The notes beneath the pieces were generated by a model. That model was not told where the DNA came from, ran no database searches, and was given only the letters and a program-made list of their open reading frames with translations. From the NCBI RefSeq assembly GCF_009914755.1, contig NC_060936.1: a stretch of 64,000 nucleotides of DNA, one strand, 5' to 3'. This document shows, one piece after another, positions 35,626 to 50,372 of the stretch; position 1 is the stretch's first letter, and the number at the start of each line of letters is the position of its first letter. The stretch is from the human T2T-CHM13v2.0 reference genome, Homo sapiens. The position numbers and the translations under genes were made by a program.

Positions 35626-35923
35626 GGGCGCGGTGGATCACAACTGTAATCCCAGCACTTTGGGAGGCCGAGGCAGGGCGATCGCTTGAGGTCAGGAGTT
35701 CAAGGCCAGCCTGACCAACATGGTGAAACCCCATCTCTACTAAAAATATAAAAATTAGCCAGGTGTGGTGGTGCATGCCTGTAATCCCAACTACTTGAGA
35801 GACTGAGGCAGGAGAATTGCTTGAACCCGGGAGGCAGAGGTTACAGTGAGTGAGATCGTGCCACTGCACTCCAGCCTGGGTGACAGAGCGAGACTCTGTC
35901 TCAAGAAATAATAATAACAACAA
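35626..35923 (+). mobile_element. AluS
   Basis: Full dimer; TSD taatacctgcaga. Confidence 0.95.
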
Positions 35924-36153
35924 TAATACCTGCAGAACAGATGAACTTTAATGTTCAGGTAAGCAGCTGTGAAGGTGTCTATATTCAGAAGTCCATATTC
36001 TAAAGACAAAAAAAGCACTAAAGCCTGAAGAGTGGAAATGCTGCTAGAAACTGGTTTGAACAATTTCAAACCCCAATTTTTTTTAAATTTGAAAATGTTT
36101 TATTGAGAGTAAAGATTTTTCATTATTTGTATTTACTTTTAATTCCTTACTAA

Positions 36154-36796
<643 letters not shown>

Positions 36797-37356
36797 TAGG
36801 AAGCTTTTAATAAGAGTTACAAACAGTTTTGTAAATCTGAGAAGTTTATGTGTTTGTCCATTTGAAACTATTCTAAATTCTGATTTAGATGCCTGCGAAC
36901 ATTATTGAGTACAAGGAATGTCAGTCTTAAAGATAAAAATAACTTCCATATTGATTAGTAAAATCATGTTAAAAATTATATTGCAATTCTACATTTTTAT
37001 TTTTTAACCAATTCTAATTTGCCAATCATGGAAGTATAGAATTTTCTTCTTGGTCTTTAATTTTTAATACATGACTTTAAAAACTAAATATTCCCTCTTT
37101 AGTCAAATACTGGTTGATACTCCATCTTGGGAAACAGATTGCTATAGGAACTCCTAAAGTAAGGAGTATAATGCTTACCCCAATTTTTAAACAAAGGCAA
37201 TGCAATATTTATGAAACAATAGATTTGGAGAGCAAAAAGTGATGAATACTGTTTTTTAAAACATACTAAACTCACTTGTTATTTTCTATCTTACCCACTG
37301 CCCTCGATGAGAAAAAATTGAAAATGTTTCCTGATAGTTCATTTATGCGCAGCTCT

Positions 37357-37471
37357 AAGCAGTAATTTAATTACTTAACTATGGAATGGTTATTCTAAAG
37401 CAATAATTTAATTACTTAACTATGGAATGGTTATTCTAAAAAAATCCTAGATTGCTGTGAACTATGGAATG
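37357..37471. repeat. 41-bp tandem duplication plus 22-bp templated insert
   Basis: Units at 37357-37397 and 37398-37438; 37440-37461 identical to 38647-38668. Confidence 0.9.
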
Positions 37472-37552
37472 TCTATAAAAATCATTAGCATTGTTTTGGT
37501 TTTAAATATTTGAAACACTAAGAAAAACATTTGAAGCTCATTTGTCATGATC

Positions 37553-37860
37553 TTTTTTTTTTTTTTTTTTGAGACAGGGTCTTGCTCTGTCACTGAGGAT
37601 GGAGTCTTATGGTGCAATCACAGCTCACTGCAGCCTCAGCTTCCCCGGGCTCAGGTGATTCTCCCATCTCAGTCTCCCAAGTAGCTGGGACTACAGGTGC
37701 GCACCATCACATCCAGCTACTTTTTGTATTTTTTTAAAGGCAATGTCCTTCCACGTTGCCCAGGCTGATCTCAAACTCCTGGACTCAAGCAATCCTCCCG
37801 CCTCAGCTTTCCAAAGTGCTGGAAGTGCTGGGATTACAGGAGTGAGCCAGGATCCAGTCT
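37553..37860 (-). mobile_element. AluJ
   Basis: Antisense diverged dimer. Confidence 0.9.
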
Positions 37861-37961
37861 CAGGTATTTATTTATATAAAGGGATCTTACCTCTCTGGAT
37901 GGAAGAGACTGAAATGGAATTACCAAAGTCCAAATATGTGTATCTGTTGCATTTAAAGTAG

Positions 37962-38536
<575 letters not shown>

Positions 38537-39254
38537 TGAGTACATGTAACTTTTAACACAAAAGCTAGCAAAAACCCTATATTTACAAGACCTGTTGGTT
38601 GATAATAAGTACAAAACTACATAAACACAGATTTTTCCCTGTAGATAAAAATCCTAGATTGCTGTGAAGAAACCTCATTCACTTTAACTTCCTTTAAAAA
38701 CAAGAACGGATTTCCATGCACTGATTTACACCAGGAAATAGTTTTGTTGGTTATTTACAAATGCTTTTGAAGAATGCAGGTGGGATTACACATGAGGCTG
38801 CCACAAAAATAAATGTTAGTAAAATCATGACTCTATTCAGCATTAATCAAAGAGCAGAAGAGAAGTTATTATGAAAAATCTTACTCAGCAAACAATAAAA
38901 GATAAAATTCCACTAGTTAAAGAGCAATTTTAAAATAGTTACAAACATGAGTCAAATAATGAACACATGTTAACACATATTCAATTCACTGGTGGGGAGC
39001 CAGAAGCATGATCAAGCTGGTTTAAAGGCCATTTGGGGACCTGGGTACTCAGAAAAATTAGTGAAATTTGTAAAAGAGAATGTATGAATAAGATTACTAG
39101 TTAAGTCAAAAGAGGTTAATGTCCTACAGGGCAATGAAACCATAATCTTTAGAGTTATCTTTTATACCGGACATAAACCTAAATGAACATGTGACCTCAC
39201 AGAGTCTAGGCCTTGTCAGTAGTAAATAATGAGTAATCCTTGGTGGCCTTTTAA

Positions 39255-39666
<412 letters not shown>

Positions 39667-41993
39667 TAAAAATTAGATTCTAGTACTACACATCAGAAGA
39701 GCTATTATTGAAAAGCCATTCCTAAATTTTGGGTTGTTCTCACCCCTGATTTGAAACAACGATTCCCCATCTCACAAGCCACCAAGTTTGCCTCCCTTTT
39801 GTCTCTCCCTATTCTAGTAAAGCCCTGAAAGTTTACTGCGAAAGCCATCTGGTTCTGTCCTCTGCACACGAGCACAGATTACACAAATTGCTTTCCCACT
39901 TTTAGAAGAAATATCACAATCTGCCACACTAACGTCAAACAAATTCCACCTGAGAGAAAAATGCTTCTTTTAAGCAAACATGAGTCTTCACTCTCTTGTC
40001 CTGGCCATGCACTAATGACCAATCAGCTACCTTTCTTAGTAATCACCTTCATTTTATTGGAAAGCCAATACTACTCTCCAAGCAAAATAATCACTGTACC
40101 TTTAACTTCCTCCTAGGTTTAGTTTTCCAATTCTAAATTCTCTTTGGGGACCCTTTTAAATTTGTCTTAATCTGATAGATGAAAATGCTCTCCTAAAACT
40201 CCTAGGACAAGCACTCCCACAAATACTGAAATAGATTACATTTCCTTTGCCTGTTTATACCTCCTGTCAGAGTAAAACATGCAAAACTCAGAAAAGAATG
40301 TAAATGAAAAACAATAGCAAAAAAATAAATAAATAAAAAGCAAGTAATTGCTTTGGGCTGGGAATTTGCTGTTTGTTGAATGTGCTGGATTTTTTGGTGG
40401 GTGGTAGTGCCCCTGATCTGCTACAGGAGTCCATGGCACCAAGCTGGGAAGCACCGGCCTCTGCCTACAGCACACGCACTCCAGACTTCCTCATAAATGA
40501 GGCCCATGAAGACCAAAATGAAGGGAAAAGCCTAGCATGTAAATATCTCATTAGCCTGGGCCTGGGCTGGTTGCCCAGCACTGATTGGGTTCCCAGTGAC
40601 TTCTTTTAGGATTGGGGCCAGGACTTATTTTTATGTTCGATCTTGAAGCAATTTATTCAGTTCCCACAAACCTCCTGGTATTGTGAAAACTTCAGAGTCC
40701 ACAGTGGCAGTCTCTGAGAAGGGTGTTTGAGTAGACTAGCCAGGAGAGAGAAAGACAAAATGCCACAAAGACACATAATGAAGTAGAGAGCCGTACCCCT
40801 ATTGGTGAGAACAGTCCAAGTTTTGATCTGCCAGTCAATCTCCAGAGCTAAATTCCCACACCAGCTTGAGTAATCAGCTGTCACACCCTCCAAGGGAAAA
40901 CCTCCCATGTAGGAGGTCATGAGGGAAAAGAGGCAATGGACAGGGAAATTTCATGTACCGATCACTAACACATTCCCAACCCTGCACAAGGTGCTTTAGC
41001 TAAATTATTCTTCAAATTAACCCCATGAAGAAGGACAAGAAATAAGAACCTATAGCCACCGTGTCATCAACCCCCATGCTCACCTTTAATTCAATGAACA
41101 AACTCAGGCCATGTATAAAACTTGGGAAGCCAACTTCAGTGCCAGAATTAATTATGTAACTTGAATAAAACCAGATTTAATGATTCCTTTTCACTTGACT
41201 CCCATCACAGGCTCATTAGTAAGGACAGAAATTTACCCCAAAGTGAATCACACGTAAGAAGGGCTACTCAGCATTCTTGGAGGATGAATGGTAAATGTCC
41301 TCCCAGTTGCCTAGAGACGCTGAATATACAGACAGCTATGGCTCATGGAGGGATTTTTTTTTTTTTTCTCCCTCTGACCTCTAGCCAGACTTGGGCTGAA
41401 TATCAAAGGCCAAGTTCTTGGTCACATTCATATCTCCCTGGGCCTCTAGAAAAAGGTTGAGTGGGTTAGCTGAGGTGCAATAGTCAGCACTTTTCAGCAG
41501 GCAGGAACCATCCGTGCTGAAGGAAAGATAGCACACAGGGTGCCCAAAGTCATAGGTTTCTTGAAAGTCACAGGATTTTTGAAGAAGACAGGAACTATGT
41601 TTTTTAACATATGCTACTAAAACTCCAACCTGTGATCCTAAGAAGCTGAGGATATGGAAAAAATCTGATGGTACTAAAGCTTTCCATTCCCAAAGGAAGC
41701 AATGACCTTTGACATTTATTCATTCAGTTATTTCTCCAACAGGTAGTTATTGAGAGGTTACTATAGACTAGAGACCATTCTAGGACATGGGCAGCAGTGA
41801 ACAAGACAACAGTGACAAAAAGATTCTTTCGTTTTTCTAGTTAAAGTAATAAGTGCTTGGTGACAAAAACTATAAAATGGAGGTAAACTGGAAAGAGTAA
41901 CCACCTGAATCCTCCCAACCAGGAAAAAAACAAAAACAAAAACAAAAAAACAACTGTTAACTTCATGGGGTGTACACTCTCCTTTTCAATCTA

Positions 41994-42300
41994 TTTCTTT
42001 TTTTTTCCTCTTTTTTCTTTTTTAGAGATAGGATCTTGCTCTGTCACTCAGGCTGGAATACAGCGGCATAATGATAGCTCACTGCAGCCTCAAACTCATG
42101 GGCTCAAATGATTCTCCTGCCTCAGCCTCCTAAGTAGTGGGGACTACAGGTTCTCACCACCACACCTGGCTGCTTTTAATTCTTTGTAAAGGCGGGTCTC
42201 ACTATATTGCCCAGACTGGTCTTAAACTCCCAGCCTCAAATGATCCTCAGGCCCTGGCCTTCCAAAGCACTGGGATTACAAGTGTGAGCCATATTTGCAG
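41994..42300 (-). mobile_element. AluJ
   Basis: Antisense diverged dimer. Confidence 0.9.
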
Positions 42301-42437
42301 TCCAGTTAAAGACTAATTTCCTAATTCCAATAGTAAGACTAGTAAGACTTTTTTCTTTTTAACAAGTGAGTTAGACCCAATAGAAATGAAGAAAACAAAA
42401 AGGAAATTCAATGGATCCCCAAGCCCTCCTCACTCAC

Positions 42438-42569
42438 CCCCTGGGCTGCTGGCCAGGAGAGAGCAAGTGCTGCAGCCCCCACAGCTCCCAGTTGACTGCA
42501 GGAATGCAGGGGGCAGCATCATGATAGCCTCAAATACCTACAGGCCCTGGTTCATAGCCTTGGGTTCAC
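42438..42569 (-). other. Candidate 132-nt non-coding or poison exon
   Basis: Minus strand ttttctctcccctgcctgggcag|GTG...GGG|gtgagt; stops in all three frames. Confidence 0.35.
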
Positions 42570-43392
42570 CTGCCCAGGCAGGGGAGAGAAAATTCCATCA
42601 GTGAGTATAACAACACACCGTCCTGCAGGCTTGACCCTTTTATCAGGTTACAGGCAGGGAGGCCAAAGCTTAACTCGGTGTGGTTACAGATCTTACGGAA
42701 AACAGCAGGCAAGTGTGGACTACTTGGCATCTATATAAATAACATGCAATTTCTTCCACACTATATATTACTTAAAGCTAATCGCATTATTATTCAAGTT
42801 AGCACTTCTGCCTAAATTCAATCTATTGCACTTAGGCACAGTTGCAAAACGTAAGGTCCTAGTTTTTAATTTAAGAGAAGTCTGGTACCCAAAGCTTTGC
42901 TTGTAGAGACCAAGCCCTACACAAAAGGAAATTATCTTAAACCATACCAGAGCATCATTTTAAATTCTTCTGTCAGTACACCGAAGTTTATTTTATCAAT
43001 TGTCTTTTTTTCTTAAATTATCATCCAATTTTTTTTTTTTTAAACTATAACAGTCCTGCAGTGAACATCCTGGTAGCTAAATGTTTGTGAAACAGCTTTA
43101 TTATGGCCTTAGGATAAATTATTTGAAGTAGAATTGTCAATTCAAATGGCATATACATTTTTACGGCTTTTGAAATCAAATTGCCAGATTGCTCCCTCAG
43201 AAAACTTATCCCAGTCTTTATCCCTGCTAGTCTTTTATGGAAGTGTTTATTTCCCTGTAACTTTCTCTACATTGGATATTACCATAAAACAAAATTGTTA
43301 ATTTGATAGACGAAAAAAATAATTTCATGGTTTTCCTTTGTATTCCTTTATTAGTAATGAAGTGAAAGATATTTTTATATGCTTACTATTTA

Positions 43393-44352
<960 letters not shown>

Positions 44353-44925
44353 TCCTTTTATGAATTAATTGCTCATATGCCTTGTAAGTGTTCTGTATAT
44401 AGTAAAGATATTAAACCTTTACATATATATACTTTGTAAAAAATGAACTTCTATAATTTACATACTATGCCCAATAGTTTTTGTCTGCCTTGCCGTATAT
44501 GTCATTTAAATTATTCCTTTCTTCCCTCCTTGGCTGCATTTATGACTTTCCTAATAATATTTCTAAAAGACCACTATCATCTTGAAAGAGTACAGTACAT
44601 AACCCATGACGCAGGGGAGAAACGGGTACAGCAGGCAACTCTGTTCGATTTGTATGAAAAAATGTCTTGCATTTTTTCACTTTTTTGACTTGAAATAATA
44701 TTTTACATCATGATTCAATGTACCTCATGTAAGTATATATGTAAATATACATAGGTAAAGCATGTTAAGTAAATGTACATATCACATATAAGTATACAGG
44801 TATAAAATAAATAAAAGTTTTCTAAAACAGTACTATCATGTTTAAAAAAAAGTTTACATACTGTACTTTCTGTTGTCTTAGGATAGATGCATGAGAAGAA
44901 AGGATACTTTATAAGGTAAGAACTC

Positions 44926-45226
44926 AAAAGAGGCAGGTTTCAGTATGTTGTCCAGGCTGCAAGGCAGTCGCTCTTCACAGGTGTGATGCCAATACCGATC
45001 AGTGTGGGAGTTTTGCACTGCTCTGTTTCCAACCTCTGCCAGTTCACCCCTCCTTAGGCAACCTGGTTGTCTCCTGCTTCTGGGAGGTCACTACATTGAT
45101 GCTGAACTTAGTGCAGACACTCAATTGGCATCATGCACTACAGCCAAGAACTCCTGGACTCAAGCGATCCTCCCACTTCAGCCTCCTGAATAGCTGGGAC
45201 TATAGATGCATGCTATCATGCCTGGT
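44926..45226 (-). pseudogene. Full-length 7SL RNA (RN7SL) pseudogene
   Basis: Alu-domain ends plus S-domain (cacccctccttaggcaacctgg, ttgatgctgaacttagtgcagacac on + strand); CpG-depleted and diverged. Confidence 0.92.
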
Positions 45227-45428
45227 AGTACTATCCTTAATACCTGCCTTGTACACAGATATTTTTCCTTTTTTCGTAGGCTAGTTGATATCAAATTAAG
45301 TTGAGTTCATGAGCCATTAATAATACCCAACCCACAGTTGGAGAAACACCATAATAATTGAAGATGCTCTGGATCCAGGAAAGAAATATAAGTATAAGCA
45401 TCCTTATGTTTTCAGAGTTTAATTAATT

Positions 45429-45900
45429 AAAAGAAGAGTTTCTGGAATTGGGCTGCTTAGTTCAAAATCTGGTTTATGAACCATGGGAACTTGGGCAGAG
45501 TTCTTCATCTCGCTGCCTGGTTTATTTAACTTTCAAACAGGGACAATATTAATTCCTACCTTATAGAAAAGTCATGAGAGTTAAATGAGATGGTATGTGT
45601 ACAATACTTAAGAAGCATGTGAAAAGCATTCAAAAATGCTATGAGATACAAGTATTCCCATCTTTATGTTTTTGGAGTCTAATTAATTAACAGAAATCTG
45701 TATTATGTTACCTGAAATATGTATTATACATGTATCATCTCATTTAAACTCTCATGAATTTTCTATAAGGTAGGGATTAATACTGTCCCCATTTGACAGT
45801 TAAAGAAACTAGGCAGAGAAGTGAAGAAACCTGCCCAAGTTCCCATGGTTCATAAACCAGATTTTGAATTAAGCAGCCCAATTCCAGAAACTCTTCTTTT
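45429..45900. repeat. Long inverted repeat of MIR-derived arms (45429-45607 and 45721-45900)
   Basis: Outer 70 bp are 69/70 complementary; inner ~110 bp about 84%; arms carry the MIR core (ttaaatgaga, cccatttgacag..aaact). Confidence 0.93.
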
Positions 45901-47128
45901 CAACTCCTCTGACCTTCCACTTGCTCTGCTGCAGCCCAATATGAGTCCAGGGGCACTAACCCCTAAGTGAGGAAGAAAACTGATTGCAAAATTTAGCACC
46001 AAAGCTATAGAAAGGTTTGAGGTTTCAATAAACCATAAGGCAGTGGGACAGGAAAGAGATTAGAAAGCAGAGAGTGAGGGTGAATGAGGGTCCGCCATCA
46101 GAGTAGCCATAGGCTGTTTGCAAAGAACCTGTTCTTTTCTAAATCTTTCTGTTCCTGCCGAAGGAGGAGTAGGTAGAAGAAACATGAAGCTCAAATAAAA
46201 CAAGTGCAGGAGGAATATTAGGTCATCGGGCCTGGTTTATCTGTCAGCATTAGGCAGATATCTGTAATGAAATTCCACTCTAAACATATACATGCAGGTA
46301 TTTGTCTATCTTATTTTTTAGATGCAAATCTGTATTGGAATGTATAAACAAGGGTGGGAGGGAAAGGGAGCTGAAGCCATTTTTTTGAGGCTAGGAACTG
46401 TAACAAAGGCTATCCCCAGGCAAAATTTAGCCTTTATGATGTTAATTGAGGCATACCTTCCTGCAGTCCAGGTTTTAGCAGAGTCCAGAGCCTTAAAGGA
46501 GAGTCTGCCAGAATTTGGGCTTTTATAGTCACTCACTCCAACCCTCTTTTTCTTTTCTTTAATGGCTTACTATTTGTGTTTAAGTTGAAAACTTAGCTTC
46601 TTCTACTGGAAGAAGATGATGGGTTTGGTTTTCTAATAAAAAGACTACCATCAAAGTGGCAGGAAGTCTTGTTCACGCAAGTCTTTAAAAACTGCTGCAG
46701 TAATTCAGGCCAGCATTTAGTAACATCACAACCAGGAAGTCCTTTTTTAGATCTAATCTACATCCATCTTGCTGCAATTTATAAATAAATGTTGGCTTCC
46801 CACCCCAGCCCTAGAGTGCTGAATGCCCAAGGAAAATTTAAAACAGTGACTGAGTGCATACCAAACAGAGCCATCAGCAGAGTTCATTCATTTGCATACA
46901 ACACATTGTGATCCTCGGATAAAAGATGCTACATTTGTACAAAGCCTTGCTAATGTTTTTTACAAATTAGTCCCATAATTAAACCCCTGCAAATAGTAAT
47001 TGCAAATACTTACTTCATTACTAAATAATTCCTATTCAGAAAAGAAAAATCCAGCTCATTTACTTATTTTATTGTTGGACAGATATATACAATAGATCTT
47101 TATCTGAAGACATAGGGCATTGAGCTCT

Positions 47129-47176
47129 TGCTGAGATAAATTAGGAACAATGCTGAGATAAATTAGGAACAATGCT
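47129..47176. repeat. Perfect 22-bp tandem duplication
   Basis: tgctgagataaattaggaacaa x2 followed by tgct. Confidence 0.97.
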
Positions 47177-47280
47177 TTCAAATCCTGTGCACCAGAAAAA
47201 AAAAATGTGCTTCAGCTTTGCAGGTGTTGGCTGGAGGTGGGAGTTTCATGGTTGCATATTAACTCTCTGACCTCCCCTCG

Positions 47281-47430
47281 ATAGCCAGGTGACAGCTGCA
47301 GTGAGGTTTCTTTGAAGTGTGACATTCCTTCGGCACTTCAAAGGACCCAGGCCTCTGAGGCAGGTATGTTTGCTGGCCACACCTGGTACCTGCCAACCCC
47401 ACTGTAGCAGCTGGTGGACAGGAAGCTCCT
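47281..47430. promoter_or_regulatory. Candidate enhancer: inverted TCF/LEF sites around a TEAD site, with E-boxes and an ETS site
   Basis: ctttgaagtg (47310) - acattcct - cacttcaaag (47334); caggtg, cagctg, cacctg, caggaag nearby. Motif evidence only. Confidence 0.35.
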
Positions 47431-47925
47431 AGGAACTAGCCCAGGGTCTCTCTAATGAAGTACATCTGACTGATACTGTTCCAAAGTGGGAGAGAAAGGC
47501 CCTCACATCAGTGAAGAGCTTCAAGCTCTGTCGTTTTCTAAGGAAGCAATGTCTCCTCCACCCAGGTCAGCACTTCATAGCCCGGAAAGCAGCAAGTATG
47601 GAATTTTGACTAGAAAGTGCCCTTTGTGAAAATCAAACTTTATTCACACAGGCAAGAGGTCTGAGCAGATTGCTAAAGAGAGACTTAGTTAAAAGTGAAA
47701 TGTGAGCAGAATGCTAAGGCTGAAAACTATTGCTGGGAAAGGTAAATGTGAAAACACCCTAATAATTGAATCCAACATGCCAAAGGGAGCACTTTGAGGT
47801 CAGACCTAGAATAGGAAAATAACCCTGGCCTCGATCCAAGTTGGTTAAAAAGCACTTAGCACATACGATATACTCCACACCATTGCCAATCCCCCAAAAC
47901 AACCACCTTTTGGTGCTTCTTCTGA

Positions 47926-48247
<322 letters not shown>

Positions 48248-48778
48248 CTGAGTAACAAGTCTTACTGAGTCCCTACAGTACATGACCTGGTGTCAGGAAG
48301 GTAAATAAAACGCAGTGCTTCTCATTTACCATCTGGTTGAGACTTTCAGCTGTAGACCTCCCTGTCAGGCATTTAGCCTCTAAAAACAGATGCCCTCAGG
48401 TCCAAATCAGAGCCCTTCCATTTGCTGTGAGTCCTTGGGCAAATGGACTTAATTTTTTTTTGTCTCAGTTCCACCCTCAGAGAATAGCAATGAGGATTAG
48501 AGAGAATGCATGTACAATGACTAGGACAGTGTCTGGAGCTCAACAACAGGTCAACAAATATGAGCTAATACTCTTACAGCTATTACAGGGAAGAAGATGA
48601 TAAGGTGGGATGTGGCCTTGGAAAAACCACTGTCCCACCCAGCTTATGGATCACATTGACTGTCAATGAACTGTATCTGCACTCATAACTCACTTGTTTC
48701 TGGAGGAAGATAGGTCTTACACTAGCTGTTTATGTTCCACGGGAGAATGCTATGAACCTAGGAACCAGGTCTCTGGTG

Positions 48779-49091
48779 TTTTCTGTTTGTTTGTTTTTGT
48801 TTTTTTGGAAACAGCTTCTCACTTTGTTGCCCAGGCTGTAGTGTCATGGTGCAGTCTCAGCTTGATTGCAGCCTTGACCTTCTGGGCTCAAGCAATCCTC
48901 CCACCTCAGCCCCCTGAGTAAGCTGGGACTACAGGCATGCACCACCATGCCTGGCTAATTTTTGTATTTCTCATAGAGATGGGGCCTTGCCATGTTGCCT
49001 AAGCTAGTCTCAAACTCCTGGCTCAAGGGATCTGCCCACCTCCTCAGCCTCCCGAAGTGCTGGGATTCAGGCATGAGCCACTGCACCTGGC
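48779..49091 (-). mobile_element. AluJ
   Basis: Antisense diverged dimer. Confidence 0.9.
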
Positions 49092-49375
49092 CTCCAGTGT
49101 ATTTTCCTACAGCATCTGGCAGGGAAGCCAATGCAATGGACCTTACCCTGCCAAGGCGTGGCAATGAGCTGGAAGAGCCTATACTGATCCCACCCACTAC
49201 CTCCCAGTAGCATGCATGCACAGTGCTCAGCTCATGGGCTTGCGGTGAGGATTAAGTAAGATCGTGAGGGTGATGCTCTTAGTGTAATGGCTGGCACATA
49301 CTAAGGATTCAACACTTGTTTACTCCTCTTATTAAGTTAAGATACAACCATTGTGCCTGGAACAGCAAGTGATTC

Positions 49376-49655
49376 TTTTTTTTTTTTTTTTTTTTTGAGA
49401 CAGTCTTGCTCTGTCGCTCAGGCTGGAGTGCAGTGGCGCAATTTCGGCTCCCTGCAACATCCACCTCCTGGGTTCAAGCAAAATTCTCTACCTCAGCCTC
49501 CCAAGTGGCTGGGATTACAGGTGCTCGCCGCCACACCTGGCTAACTTTTGTAGCAGAGACTTGGCCAGGCTGGTCTTGAACTCCTGACCTCGTGATCCAC
49601 CCGCCTCGGCCTCCCTAAGTGTTGGGCTTACAGGCATGAGCCACCATGCCTGGCC
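49376..49655 (-). mobile_element. AluS with small internal deletion
   Basis: TSD aagtgattctttt. Confidence 0.92.
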
Positions 49656-50316
49656 GGTAAGTGATTCTTTTCCATAAAAACATCCATTCCCATCGCTGAG
49701 CTAGCCCTTCCATAAAATGCAAGATAACTGCAGAGAGAAGACAAAGGCAGAGAGTGAAAGGCTCATTTAGCTTTGCATCCTCACATGCATTATAGAATAT
49801 GGTCAGAGAATAGCTTCAGAATTCAGAAAGGTCAGGGTTGGAATCTTGACTGCACAACTTAGTAACCAAGTTACTTAGCCTCTCCAAGTCTCAGCATCCT
49901 CGTCTATAAAATGGAGAGAGAGGTCATACAAATGAAACATAAGGTATGTAAAATATCTAGCCTGTTAGAACACACCTAATAAGATACACTCATGGCACCA
50001 ACTTTCTCTCATGGTTCTCCCTTCAAGCATTTTATATATTCCCTTTTAACGAGTACTTTGTAAAGGCTGTAAAAATTGGCTTGCAAAATAGCATAAGATT
50101 GCATGACGGCAAACATCGTTGCTTTCCTCCAGAAAGCATGAGCTAGTGAACCTAGCATGGCAGCATATCAGCTGTGCTTCCCATCCAGAGGTAAGACTGG
50201 GCCCAGCCAGAAGGGAAAGGCAGAAATTTACTCTGATTAACACCAACCCTTCCTTTTGACTACCTCCCAACAACTTTGTCTCCATTACCAACTAGGCAGT
50301 ATCTTCCAGGCCTTTA

Positions 50317-50350
<34 letters not shown>

Positions 50351-50372
50351 GCACACACGCACAGAGAGAGAG
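50317..50372. repeat. Compound (CA)n/(CG)n/(GA)n microsatellite
   Basis: Direct observation. Confidence 0.95.

Noticed and set aside
44926-45226. Functional 7SL gene
   Set aside because: Heavily diverged, CpG-depleted and without recognisable 7SL upstream sequence.
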